From Octopus vulgaris (Eukaryota): a stretch of 64,000 nucleotides of DNA. The notes beneath the pieces are model-generated. The model was not told the origin of the DNA, ran no database searches, and saw only the letters and a program-made list of their open reading frames with translations. A program made the position numbers and the translations under genes. This document shows positions 26,027 to 40,519 of this stretch, piece by piece. The DNA lies in NCBI GenBank assembly GCA_951406725.2, contig OX597817.1, positions 65,162,001 through 65,226,000 of the forward strand, given 5' to 3'. Numbering within the stretch: position 1 is the stretch's first letter; the number at the start of each line of letters is the position of its first letter.

Positions 26027-29000
26027 TCAGACTATAAATCAACATTCCGGATGTCATTCCTATGTCCTCATCAGACCATACAGCAACATTCTGGATGCCA
26101 TTCCGGGAAACGATTGGAATAAAGATGATTAAGATGGGGATAGTCATACGGAAAACAGAAGTTTCCATGGCCCAGTAGACCCTTAAAAAGATAAAGCCGA
26201 AGCCACGACCGAAAGGCCTGCTAAGGAAAAGAATACCGATGATTCTGGTCCTGCTTACATAACTGCAGACTGCCAGATAAAATTAAAGCTTCAAAGATAA
26301 AACAGAAGCTTCTAGAAACAACCGAAAACAAGGGAAAGATACAACGAAAAGGGAGAAAATACAAAAACAAAAGTAAATCCTCCATGATAAACCATGACAA
26401 AACTTTGGGCAAAAAAAGATCTCCGACAACGCGGACAAAAGAAATAGGAGGTGTAAAAGAGGAAACATATACAGATTTTCCAGCAAGGAAACTGCTGGTA
26501 CGGAGACGATGATGCAAACTACCGTTTTGTACATGCGCAACCCTGCCGAAACGGCAAGGGCTTGAAACAGAACTTTTCAGAAGGAGTACAAAGAAAAGGG
26601 ATGTACTAATGAAGAATTAATGCGCACTGTCTACTTCTAAAAGATGATATGCAGACGTAGTGAGCATTACTTAAAACAACCAGCTTCACCCAGATGTGAA
26701 AAGGGCAACAGCTGAACAAAAATATTTTTTGTGCACAGCACAAAAAACTGTGCAGCAGCCGATCTAGCTACATCAACCACAGACTCAGAACTATGCCCAT
26801 CATCACATGAGGACACCACGGTTAACGGATACAGGATGGCCGCCACTAACACCAGTGCAGGGGTTACACCAATATTTTTATTGAATATCAGAGGTCTGTT
26901 GCACCTCAAAAGTATAACAAAAATTTGTTCCCTGACACTCAAATTGTACACGTAAAACAACTCGATATTGTTATATGTATTACATATCGCCCACCGGTTA
27001 CTCCAAATCGCACAGGCAAAAATATAAAAAGCTCTAACCAAACTGAAGCAACACATCCGTGTATTCCTTGTGGGTGTCTTCAATAACTTCAATATGGAAT
27101 GGCCTATGGACCTCATGCTCTCAGGACTGACGAAACGCCAACAAGTATAGGTGGAGCCCCTGGTGAACCTTGCCAACGTTTTATTTATGGAGCAAATTGT
27201 GTTCTAACCAACCAGAACAAACAATATACTGAATCTCGGCTGCTCAAACAATATGGATATCATCCATAATGTGAAAATGACACCGAAATTAGTCTCGGAT
27301 CACAATATGATAGTGCTGATATTATATGGATAAAAAAAGAAGTCAGGATATAGAGCCGATATAAAGCATTCAAACTCACTCGTGTCTGAACTTTCATAAG
27401 GCAAAATGGAAATCGATTCGGATAGCGGATAGAGACCCTCAAACAAGATTAGTCTAATTCCACACCAGATATGGACATGAAGCTCTGATATTTCTTGAAC
27501 GTAATGCAAGCCATACGCTACAAATCTGTCCCAGAGCACAGGGCAAACACGAACAAGAACGAAATACCCAAGTAGAGGAAAATTCTTATGAAACGATAAG
27601 CGAAGATTTCAAACTGCCTAAACAAACATTTCAAAAGTTCTGCAATGTCTCGCCTGAAAACAACACTGATGGAGATTGAGAAAAGTCTGCAACAATACAA
27701 TTGAAAGGAGAGAACAGTGAAAGAAGCTTGAGTTATAAAAAATATAAAGTCAAACCCTAAAGCTTTCTTTAACTTTGCCAAAGAAACGGCCTCAGTACAC
27801 TACAAGATTGGTTCGATCCCTCACAGGAAGCCCAATGAGGATAAATGAAATACTGAACGAAGAATTCAAAAGTGTTTTCACTACCCTGTTAGGACGAAGG
27901 CAAATGAACAACCAGCGGAGTTCTTTGCCACTACACATGTAACTAGAGAGGCAGTAATAACTGATTATACCGACATCAAAAATGTAACAATAGATGAGGT
28001 ATACTCAAACTCAGATGCTGGTCCTGAAAAATTCCCTTCTCAAATCATTCAAATGAGCCCTTGTAAAATCACTGCAGCTTCATTTTTAGAGATTCTTTGC
28101 AAGTAGTAAGCTCCCAGAAAAATTCAAGGAGGGAATAATATGCCATATCCATAAAGGAGGAAGCAGAGCCAATGCTAAAAACTATAGACCTATCTCTCTG
28201 ACTTCGCACACAGCAAAGTAATGGAAAAATATTCGGAAGGAAACTAATTGTGTTCGTTGAAGAGAGTGACTTGCTGACTGATACCCATCCTGGTTTTCAA
28301 CCAGTTAGAAGCTGTCTGACACAGCACTTAAAACACTTCGACTGGGTGTTAAAGCAGCTGCTCATCAACTCAAATGTGGACGTGATATATCTTGACTTCG
28401 CAAAAGCCTTTGATAAAGTCGACCATAGTATATGTCACAAGCTGCCTGATATCGGCATAGTTGGAAAACTAAGATGTTGTGCACCTGCAACAGGAGTTGG
28501 GCGCAATAAGCAAGTGGGATGAGGTCAATAACATGCAATTTAATGCAGGAAGATTTCAAGTTATGTGCTTACAGCACAAGAAGCTGAATGAAATGCAGGC
28601 AGGATGCACTGTTCCTGGAGTGATTGCAATCTCTGAATCAAAATCAGTGTGCAGCCTGGGCATTGACATGAGTAATGATGCATCTTTCCAGATGCTTATT
28701 ACTAAATTGGCAATAAAATGTAGGCAGTCCTTAGAACTTTCAGAACGATACAACAGCAACCCGTGGTGGTCCTCTGAGGAAAATTTGTCCTCAGACGCTT
28801 AGACTTCTGCTCCTAACTATAGTCGCCACACAGTGTAATATTAACGGCGCAGTTCGAAGCAGTCTAGCGAAGCTACACCAAAGATCATCTCAATGAGACA
28901 AGTCAGCTACTGGGAAAGGTTGAAAAAGTTAAGATTACCTTCTAGAACAAAGGCTGGAAATATATGCAGTGATATACATGTAAAAAATCCTGGAAGGACT

Positions 29001-29330
29001 TGTATCAAACTTTGACATTGGAAGTTATGCAAACTGGAAAACAAACGCTTTTGCATAGTGCTAAAGACCCCAGCATCGTCATCCAGATGCAAGACCAGAT
29101 GCTGCTACAGTTCAGGTTTCAAGGACCCACAGCTCTTTAATATCCTCCTTAAAAGCCCGAGAGACATTCATGGGATGCATGTAGGTGTCTTCAAAACAAA
29201 ATAGGATTTCCTCTTCTTGACATGAGTTCTATACAGACCTACCTCGCGGCAGGAAATACAAATGAGGGCAGCAACATCGAACTCTCCCATTCATCAAATG
29301 CCATATTTCAGAGAAGGTTTTAAAGTAATG
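26020..29330 (+). mobile_element. Degenerate CR1-clade LINE with endonuclease and RT remnants
   Basis: RT motifs NYRPISLTS (~28180), GFQPVRSCLTQ and DVIYLDFAKAFDKVDH (~28380), NNMQFN. Endonuclease-like remnants at 26860-27330. Many stops and frameshifts. Confidence 0.85.
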
Positions 29331-29679
29331 AAATCGTAGGAGAACTAACGATAGTGCCTCGGCATGGTCGCAGTTCTCGAGCTGAAACAAGTAAAAATAG
29401 TATACATGTGTTTGTATGTGTGTGTGTGTGTGTGTGTGCATACATTATTTTTACTCGTTTCAGTCATTTTGACTGTGGCCATGCTGGATAGCCTAGGAAA
29501 TCTACCCCAGGACTTATTCTTTGTAAGCCTAGTACTTATTGTATCGGTCACTTTTGCCGAACTGACTATGTACAGGGATGGAAACACACAAACATTGGTT
29601 GTCAAGCGATGGTGGAAGGGGGACAATCACAGAGACACACTCACATAACTATATATATCTATATATCTATCTATCTATC

Positions 29680-30202
<523 letters not shown>

Positions 30203-30204
<2 letters not shown>

Positions 30205-30764
30205 TACTTCCTTGCATTTTAGCACTCTTCAAGGTCCCTGGTTGTGACAGGAATGTTTCGTGTATATATATATATATATACAGGCGTAGGTATGGCTGTG
30301 TGGATACAGGTGCCGGCGTGGCTGTGTGGCAAGAAGCTTGCTTCTCAACCACATAGCTCCGGGTTCATATACATCTACACATAACATACAAAATACAAAG
30401 TTATATCTTGATATCGCTAGTGATAACAATACTCAAAATATATAACAGACTGGAATTGTTGGCGATCACTATTAATATATATATATATATATATATATGA
30501 CAGGCTTCTTTCTGTTTTTTACTATCAAATCCACTCACAAGGTCTTGGTCGGCTTGAGACTATAGTAGAAGACAATTGCCCAAAGTGCCACGCAGTGGGA
30601 CTGAACCCGGAGCTATGTGGTTGAGAAGCAAGCTTCTTGCCACACAGCCACGCCGGCACCTGTATCCACACAGCCATACCTACGCCTGTATATATATATA
30701 TATACACGAAACATTCCTGTCACAACCAGGGACCGTGAAGAGTGCTAAAATGCAAGGAAGTATA
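30203..30764. repeat. Local inverted duplication (30203-30367 vs 30602-30764) followed by a direct copy (30367-30463 vs 31196-31292)
   Basis: Near-exact matches read directly from the sequence. Confidence 0.9.
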
Positions 30765-30939
30765 CTAGTCCTTTAATATTTGATATTCAATATTCTATCT
30801 ATTCAATAAGACAATCAATACTTCATTTCATTTTATATATATACTATTTATACTATATATTCTATGTTCTACATTAATATTATAAAAAATATAAATAAAA
30901 CATAACACATATACATACATATACATATATTCATATATA

Positions 30940-31031
<92 letters not shown>

Positions 31032-31101
31032 TTATATATATATGTGTGTGTATATATGTATGCATGTATGTATGTGTATATATATATATATCTATATATA
31101 T

Positions 31102-31902
31102 ACTAGCATTATGACCCGGCGTTGTCGGGTCATAGTGCTAGTGCATGTATATATGTGTATATATATATGTGTACATATTACATGTACATCTATATATATA
31201 CATCTACACATAACATACAAAATACAAAGTTATATCTTGATATCGCTAGTGATAACAATACTCAAAATATATAACAGACTGGAATTGTTGGCCCGTCTCT
31301 TGCAATTTCGATCAATTGTATCTTGTTCTCCCTCTTGTATAGAAGTGTGGCTACAATCCAGCCTACCTTTACTTCTGGGGGGACATTTTAAATTTTTATC
31401 CGGGATGTCCTACGTCCGAGATATAAAGGTAAAAATAAAATATTTCCACCTTGCAAGGTTCGAGTCGAGTACTCCCTTGCACGCTCCGTTGACTCGAACC
31501 TTGCTTCTATTGTGGCGAATTTACCGCCTCTGCTTAGATATTTGATATCTTTCATAGTCGCACCAAGACACTTTTCAATGGTGCTTTCCTCCAGGTGTTC
31601 AAATCTTTTTTTCTCTCTACATTGTAAACATATAATTCAATTGTTGTTATTATCTCTAATTTTTATTGTTAAAGTGAAAGTATCTGACATAAAATAGAGA
31701 GATGTTTTTGTTTCACTTTTAACACGTAATACTGAAATAGTGGAGAAGATATGATATTGCTATGGGCTCGCCCTAGGCAAGAAGGTGAACATTTTTTTGC
31801 CCATGAAACTACATGAACCCTAAGTAAGGCATGTGTAAAATTTGAATGAAATTGGTTATGTAGTTCTCAAGTGTTAGGGAAACACACAGACAGACACACA
31901 TT

Positions 31903-31915
<13 letters not shown>
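31102..31915 (+). mobile_element. Helentron-associated non-autonomous element (HINE/DINE-1-like)
   Basis: Terminal hairpin actagcattatgacccggc/gtcgggtcatagtgctagt. Other end has aaatttgaatgaaattggtt...acagacagac...ttttatatat. A similar hairpin start is at 49365. Confidence 0.6.
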
Positions 31916-31932
<17 letters not shown>

Positions 31933-31940
<8 letters not shown>

Positions 31941-32794
31941 AAAGGGCTTAGTAAAATAAATTACTTTGCCGCATACTGAACTCATTAGAAATAGCAGCTA
32001 AAAAAACTTTTTTAAAACTATTTCCAATACTTAAAGAAAATCTCTCATATAGTGTTTGCTCAATTCAACTCACGAAAGTATGAGGGTAGAAACATTAAAA
32101 AAATCAAATGCAAAGGTTATTTGAGAACGTACGTTTCAAGATTAGTCAAACTCGACACTTCTATCATCAGCTCAGAACTCCCTGGTTTGGATTTGAAAAC
32201 ACTGAAAGTAGGAGCATACCTTTTCGGCTTCCCGTCGCCTCTAAAGATCTACTCGAAACTAACAGTGTCAGCAAATTCAAATATGCAAGCGAAGAATTTC
32301 TGCTCTTCCCCTTCCACCGTGGAAGGGGAAGAGCAGAAATTCTTCGCTTGCATATTTGAATTTGCTGACACTGTTAGTTTCGAGTAGATCTTTAGAGGCG
32401 ACGGGAAGCCGAAAAGGTATGCTCCTACTTTCAGTGTTTTCAAATCCAAACCAGGAGTTCTGAGCTGATGATAGAAGTGTCGAGTTTGACTAATCTTGAA
32501 ACGTACGTTCTCAAATAACCTTTGCATTTGATATTTTTAATGTTTCTACCCTCATACTTTCGTGAGTTGAATTGAGCAAACACTATATGAGAGAGATTTT
32601 CTTTAAGTATTGGAAATAGTTTTAAAAAAGTTTTTTTTAGCTGCTATTTCTAATGAGTTCAGTATGCGGCAAAGTAATTTATTTTACTAAGCCCTTTATA
32701 TAATGTAATAATTTGAATTCGCCTTAAATGGTCCCTTTGCATACTGAATACTTGGTGAAATTGATTAATTAATTAATTTTACCCTCAATTGTTG

Positions 32795-32797
<3 letters not shown>
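31933..32797 (+). mobile_element. Penelope-like 3' fragment forming a near-perfect ~770-bp palindrome with a 93-nt 3' tail, in (TA)n
   Basis: Arms 31933-32317 and 32319-32704 with a 1-nt loop at 32318. Tail 32705-32797. A hammerhead in each arm. Confidence 0.85.
32461..32513 (+). ncRNA. Type I hammerhead ribozyme (mirror copy at 32122-32174, minus strand)
   Basis: tgag CTGATGA tagaagtgtcgagtttgactaatctt GAAAC gtac GTT ctca. Palindromic stem III acgtacgt. Confidence 0.8.
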
Positions 32798-32834
<37 letters not shown>

Positions 32835-32838
<4 letters not shown>

Positions 32839-33028
32839 ATACAATATGTTACATTACTCGGTAGTCAAGATAAAACTCTGAGTTTCAGATGCCGAAGCGT
32901 GACTTCGGCATCTGAAACTCAGAGTTTTATCTTGACTACCGAGTAATGTAACATATTGTATAGATAAATTTCCTCTATTTACATAATATTGAGGTCTCTT
33001 TCTTTCTTTTGTTATCTTACCGTTTTAT

Positions 33029-33031
<3 letters not shown>
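32835..33031 (+). mobile_element. Short fold-back copy of the 57661 family (63-bp arms, 66-nt tail) in (TA)n
   Basis: Arms 32835-32897 and 32903-32965, loop cgtga. Tail matches 57881-57946. Confidence 0.9.
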
Positions 33032-33091
<60 letters not shown>

Positions 33092-33482
33092 CATACATAC
33101 GTGCATAGTCATATGTCAAATCCATTCAAATTCATACATGCAGTGACATACACGTTCTTTTATCTTGTTTATGGGTTTGAGGCCGCTGCTTTCTATAATG
33201 GTAAGAAATTTTAAATGCAAAACCAGAACATACGTACCAACCAATACATATTGCTCCACTTTAACATAACAATATTTAGTTTTACATATGACCAAGTAAA
33301 ACACTCCTTCGAGAATGTTTTTGAAGTTCACAATCGTCGAAATCTGATATCACGACTGTGAGCTTTGGGACACACGATGTTGTTGCACAGACAGACACTT
33401 TGTCCTGTTATCAGGAACGGCTGAACAATTCACTCGGTTTCACTCAATATAATTCTTTAGGTTGTTTTTGTATATCGAAACA

Positions 33483-33586
<104 letters not shown>

Positions 33587-35501
33587 CTCAACAGTGAAAT
33601 CAAATTTCTTATAACTTTCTCGCCTAGTTGTTGGATACGCCGCTCGACGAATATGACGTAGAAACGTATGCATCCTATGGTTTATGGTGTCAATCCTATC
33701 CCGACGGTGCTTTGCCACAGATGTTTATAAAAAGAGTTTTTTACGAGATAATTTCTACAGCGAAGGTTTTTCCACGTCCGGTAGTACATGAACGTGTTAG
33801 ATATAATTGTACACACCTATATTTCAATCAAGAATGTTTCGTGCACCTCAGGTTAAATAATTCTATCTTGACAGATCTTTGTGCACATCAACAAATGTAC
33901 TATTTGCTGTTTAATTATAAGAACAGCTTTTCTTAGTGGTCAATGAACGATGGGTCTGGTATCCGTAGTCGATGAAGTTGTACCCTACAGTTTGGTTCAT
34001 AAATGCATAAAGACAAACATATATAATATATGATATAATATCATATGCATATATGATTTGCGCTTTTTTCTTTCACTAGTGACCTGGTTTGAGGCTGTAT
34101 TTTGAAACCGAAACACAGCAGTCATTTAAAACACACAAATACCATTATATTCACATTTCATATTGCTCTTTGTTCACACTCGTAGGAGGGAGTGCAGCGT
34201 TCATGACCTTTCTTTAGAGCGTCCATGACAGGGAAAAGAAAAAGAACAATATGTTGTTTGTCCAAAGACCTATTCCAATTACTTGCCAGAGGGTAGACCC
34301 CGTTAAGGGCATTGAAAGGCAAAGTGCCGATAATTTATACCGTAAGTGTCAACATTTGAAACCAATATAATAAATGCATCTTCTGCCAGTTTCGACGATC
34401 GGCATTCAAGTTATTCTATTATCTGAACTGCATTCTCGTTGAATTATTGTATGAGTGGTTGAATATTCCGCAGACATTTTAACTCTTAACCTAATCGTCA
34501 GATAGAAACAGAAACCCCTTTGAATTACAGGTAGATTCCATTCTACGAACCAAGCCCAATTTTATTCACAAAACTTAGATTGACCCGATGCTATGATAGC
34601 AGACACTTGCCCAAGATTTCACGCATTAGGATTGCACCTTATGATTGCGATATGCCTGCCACGCACCTCGCGCATACTAAGGGACTGTAAATACACGCAC
34701 TAACACCCAGACACTAACATATAACATCACACACACACACATGCATGCTCTCTCTCTCTCTCTCTCTCTCCCTCTCACTCTTTCCCCTCTCTCATCCCAC
34801 GTGTCCAAAACAATTGATGACTAAATTTGTTTGTCCGTGTTTTTACTGCTTTCGACCAGTGTCCATCTGAACATAACTTTACAGTTACGTCATTGCATGA
34901 AAAGAGAAACCCCCTCTTCCACAGTTGTTGCATTTGTAGATGTCGAAGTTCAAAGCCTTTTTACGTATATTTCCTTAATTTTCCGTTATTATCGTTTCCT
35001 ACAATTATGACTTAATGCATATATAATCGTTTTCTTTAAATTTTCATGAACTTGCTTTCACGTTATCAATAAAATTAGACATAGCTAATCGTTTCATTAA
35101 CATTCCACTTTAACGCGTTTTTTGTCTCATATCCTTTCATTTTATTAAAAATTTATTTTTATCAGTAACGTTTTGTTATCGTGTCAGGTCTACATTTCCT
35201 TGCATGTCATTAACAATATATCAATCTAAATATTTCGTGATATTATTTTCCCACTATATTGTTTAAAGTTTTATATTTAAAGATTCCTAAGAATTTTATT
35301 GTTTTTATGTTCAGCATACAGCTTCATTAATATGATAGTTCTGTATTTCAGTCTCTCTCTCTCTCTTACTTTAATATATACACTCTCAAAATTAACGATT
35401 GATAATCTTTTCATGTGGGTGCTCGGTGTGACTGCAGTCCAATGACTGTATGCAGTCAAAGTAGTAAAATTCAACTCTATATATACGTACATGCATACAT
35501 A

Positions 35502-35591
<90 letters not shown>

Positions 35592-35728
35592 TAATATATA
35601 CATGTATGTATGTTTATAATCACTAGTTTTATAATAGAGATTTAACACATGGGTGTGTGTGTATCTTCCTCCCGCTCTCTCCACATAAACACACACACAC
35701 ACATACACGCACACACACACATATATTG

Positions 35729-35810
35729 AACCTCCGATGAAGCTGTAAGATGATACACAGGCGCTCAAATATGAATGCATTGCATCTTATAGCAGAAACA
35801 GCCGTTAGCT
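35729..35810 (+). ncRNA. Degenerate type I hammerhead with CCGATGA core
   Basis: acct CCGATGA a gctgtaagatg...catcttatagc a GAAAC agcc GTT agct. 11-bp stem II. Confidence 0.6.
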
Positions 35811-36101
35811 AAGGAAATTGATTTCATGATTTCTTGTTACTTTGTCATTAGTACAATCTCTTATTACTCTCTGTACTCGACTAACACAAGATTCTGACAC
35901 AAGGTTCTGACACCAGGTTCTAACACCATTTCTAACACTATGAAATTTATTACAAATCTTATATGTTAGGGCGGTGATTTGCTTGTATATGCATATGTAT
36001 TCTGACATTGGAAAAGAAAAATAGAGGAAAAAACTACTGTGAGATACTAGGTAAGAAAGGAAGTAAAAATCATGGATACGGAAAAAGGGTTAAAAAAGAA
36101 C

Positions 36102-36155
<54 letters not shown>

Positions 36156-36536
36156 AACATATATAAACAAACATACAGACAATAGAAGACACATTGTGTT
36201 ATATTAGCAAAAAAAAAAAAAAAAAAAAAGCAGACGACATGAAACATGACCGGTAGACGAGAGGAGAAACAATATTAATATATTTGTCTGCAACTTTTAT
36301 GTTATAGAATGTCAGAGTGGGAATTGAATTTTGATTCTGATTATATATTAAATTAACTTATTGAAAATATTGGAAAAGAAAAAGAAAATAGTGCTTGGCT
36401 ATACTTAATAGAAGTTCGTACTGTCGTCATACATACGTGTGTATATATATATATATATACATACATACATACATACACACACACACATATATATGTATAT
36501 ATATATGTATATATATATATGTGTATGTATATATGT

Positions 36537-36636
<100 letters not shown>

Positions 36637-36740
36637 AATATTGTACTTGGCTATTCTTAATAGAAGTTCGTCCTGGCCTTATTAAGTTAATACATGTTAT
36701 GTATCTATATTCTAATATATATATATATATATACATATAT

Positions 36741-36960
36741 AATCAAAGAATCCACAAGTCAAGATGGTCATCATCGAACTCGATGTGAATCTTGGTGATT
36801 TCCTTCCTCCATCTTCCTTTCTACTGGACTTTCCTCTGTTTCTGAAGAAGAGCGTTATTCGAAACGTTAAGCCAATTTTCTTTCCTTCCTTGAGCGTCTC
36901 CTGATACTTTACATGTACCACGTCCTCATGTTGCTTTTTTATGTTTGTTCTTCTTTTTAC
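36741..36960 (+). mobile_element. 220-bp TA-flanked element carrying a minimal hammerhead at 36838-36872
   Basis: gttt CTGAAGA agagcgttattc GAAAC GTT aagc. Loopless ACGT stem III as in PLE-type minimal hammerheads. (TA)n on both sides. Confidence 0.65.
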
Positions 36961-36972
36961 TATATATATATG

Positions 36973-37009
<37 letters not shown>

Positions 37010-38764
37010 GTATGCATATATGTATAAATATGTGTGTGTGTGTGTGTAGTAAAATTTGGGCTTGTTTAACTGGAACAATAGAACGAACATGGAACGAATG
37101 GCGACAGCTTCAAACAGGGACTTGTGACTGGAACACGTTTGGTGGTGTGCGTAACCAACCTGTATATTGCTTTGCAGATCAGCTATGTTCGGAGCCGTAT
37201 ATCCCTCACAAACACATCTGACCAAATTGGATCTTTGCTGTGTTAATCAACACGCCTTTCTTTAGCGCCTCTCTTACGGGGTTATATGGCTATAAAATGT
37301 AATTAAGAATCTCGCTTCCAAGTTCATTGGATTTCAATAAGTGGGAAGGAAGAAAGATTGAAATTCTTCTCAGACAGGAGACCTGACACTAATGCTTAGA
37401 ACTGAATGTATCCTACTAAATATACTTAAAGACCAAGTAGTGATATAAAACCAGGTGACAGAATAAGTTTACCACAAAACAATAAAAAATGCTCTCCCAA
37501 CACAAAGGCTTTCACACAATTTCCATTTATCAAATTCCACTTATAAGGCATCAAACCGAAGTTACAGCTGAAGGCACGTGCCTAAGGTAGCTTCTGCGAA
37601 GTGTGCTCGAACCTGAAGCCACATAGTTGCAAAACAAACTTCTTAACCACTCGGACATGCCTACGCAGTTAAAAAATACAAGGGAAATTGCATAACGCAC
37701 CATAGAACAATTAATATACTACCACAGATATTATTTCTAGCGCTGATGTAAAGTAATTTAGAGAAAACATTATTGCTGAGTTATTGTTTTAAATTTGTTT
37801 ATCGAAATTTTGCTTTTATATTGATATCTCCTGGAAGAGCTACGACTTGCTTGATTATTATAAAAAAACAAGAATCAGTTACGCGAAAAACGAAAAACGG
37901 TCTATCTAAGAAAAAATAATTCAAACATAGTTACTTAGCAACACAGTTTTATTCATATACTGGTGGCCATAATAATTAGTAGTGATGGCTATAGTGGTTA
38001 GTAGTAATAGTTAGTAGTAATGGCTATTATAGTTACTAGGGTGAAATACATTCCAGAACCGATCATATCTCTAGAGAAAGAGTTTCTTGTGATTTATATT
38101 CATTAACTTTTAGCTTGAAATTCGTGTACATATTTCTTCTTAATATTATGTAATAACATTTAAGGCGGCGAGCTGGCAGGAACATTAGCACGTCGAGAGA
38201 TAAGCTAGGCGGTATTTCGTCTATCTTTACGTTCTGAGTTTAAATTCCGTCGAGGTCGACTTTGCCTTTCATCCTTTCGGGATCGATAAATTAAGTACCA
38301 GTTGTGTACTGCAGTCGATCTAATCGACTGGCCCCCCTCTCCCAAAATGTCGGGCCTTGTGTCTAGAGTAGAAAAGAATGTTATGTAATAGCATTTAAGG
38401 CGGCGAGCGGGCAGAATCGTTAGCACTCCGGGCAAAAGGCTTGCAGGCATTCCGTCTGTCATTACGCTCTCAGTTTAAATTCCGCCGAGTCGGTAAAACA
38501 AGTACCAGTTGAGCACTGAAGTCGATGTAATCGTCTTATCCTCTCACTGGAACTGAACCTGCAATGGAATTGAACCCAGAACCATGTGACTGGGAAGCAA
38601 GCTTTTTACCGTGTAAGCACATAAGTGTGAAACAAGATGGAAAAAATAGTACTCGAATGCCGGTAGTAGAGTAATATGCTTTATTGTAGCTCCGACGAAC
38701 GGGAACGTGAAACTCTGAGCCGCAGTTGTTTTGTGATACATACATACATACATACATACATACA

Positions 38765-38798
<34 letters not shown>

Positions 38799-38842
38799 GA
38801 TGTGTGTGTGTATATATATATATGTATATATATAGAGAGAGA

Positions 38843-39780
38843 GGGGGAATATTCTTTATGTTGTATGTCTCGTTTCTATGTTTTTGTTTTTATGTTTTCG
38901 TTTCTCATTGTGTTCAACGTTTTTTTTTGATGTCCTGTACCTATATGCGCATGTATATATACATATATATGTATATATATATATGTATATATGCATATAT
39001 TTATATATTATTTATATTATTATATGATCGAACGCCACGCATCTTTTTCCAATAAGTTTTATCTTAATAATTACGATGCGCACTCTTATATCTTTACTAT
39101 CTCTTCTCTGTCTATCTCTCTCACCCTCTTGTTCTTTATCCTTTCTGGTTTTCTCTCCCACCCTTCCCTATTCTTCTCCTCTCCCCTTCACCGTTCCCTC
39201 TCTCTCACTCCTCCTCCTCCTCGACTCTCTCGTCGCTGACAGGTGACGAGAGGGAATCTATCTTTCTGACTATTACCTTCGCAAAGACTAAACGTGCTTA
39301 TCCTGTCTCTTCATAAGCTCGTCTTCCTAAAAGTTCAGAATAATTTTTCCATCGTCTTGGTTTAACTGCCCTCATCGTTTGTTTTTACTGCTTTGTTCTC
39401 ATTATTCTGTTTTTTACTGTTTTTACTTTTTTATTGTTTTTACTGTTTTGTTCTCACTATCCTGTTTTTGTTACCCCTTTCACCCACTGTAAAGAATCCC
39501 AAATTTTATTTAAATTGCTTTGTGGGAAGGACTGTTTCAACGAAGTCGCGTCTTGTTCTTGCCTTCGCTACGTGGAGTAGATGAAACAGGGACAACTGAA
39601 GAAGGGGAATATTCTTTATGTTGTATGTCTCATTTCTCTGCTATTTTTCATTGTTCGAAAAAAAGTTCGTTTCTATGTTTTTGTTTTTGTTTTCGTTTCC
39701 CATTGTGTTCAACGTTTTTATAATGTCTTGTACCCATATATGCATGTATATATACATATACATGTAGGTATGTACATATA
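38843..39780 (+). mobile_element. Partial tandem (~760-bp unit) non-autonomous element related to 4723-5575
   Basis: Direct repeats ggggaatattctttatgttgtatgtctc...tgtacc at ~38843 and ~39604. Confidence 0.7.
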
Positions 39781-39904
39781 TTAATTAATATTCCAAAATT
39801 TAAAAAAGACGGCGGGAACTTAGTTGCCAACCCAGTACATGATAACACTTCTAATCAGTTAAGATCAGACGCTATGAGAACTACTACCTGCTGCTGCATC
39901 AGGG

Positions 39905-40073
<169 letters not shown>

Positions 40074-40074
40074 T

Positions 40075-40455
40075 CCTTTGCACAGCTTCTAACGCTGGAG
40101 ATGTACTACAGTGTCAGCTGTTCACTACCACTGAACTAAAGTAACACCTCTTATTTTTCGAGCACCTTCCGGAGTATTCGAGCGGTTCCAAGCAGTGCTG
40201 ATTTCTGCAAGTGCTCCACCCTTATTGCAGCACCTATTTGTTCTAGGTAATTCTCGAGATTTTTGCTCACTGTTCTCAAGGCTCCGACAATTATTGATAC
40301 TACTGCTACCTTTTACATCGTCCACAACTGCTTAACCTCCCAAGCTAGCCTGTCTCAACTTCTCTCTCTTCCTTATCGCATACCTTGTTGTCAGCTATAT
40401 CTATGATCCAGCATAGTTTGTTTTGTTTCCCAATTAAGACTACGTCCAGCTTCCA
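40075..40455 (-). mobile_element. 3' end of an R4/Dong-like non-LTR element (RLE endonuclease remnant) ending in (TAA)n
   Basis: Minus strand reads LDVVLIGKQNKLCWIIDIA...KVCDKEREK. Abuts the (TTA)n tract at 39907-40072. Confidence 0.6.
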
Positions 40456-40519
40456 TATAACATATATATATATACATATACATACATATGAGAGAGACAG
40501 AGGGAGAGAGGAAGAGAGA

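Noticed and set aside
26030-26085. Hammerhead-like CTGATGA gga...tcc GGAA on the minus strand
   Set aside because: GAAA is mutated and stems I and III do not form in register.
32052-32527. Mirror-image ORFs on both strands
   Set aside because: A consequence of the palindrome; no protein motif.
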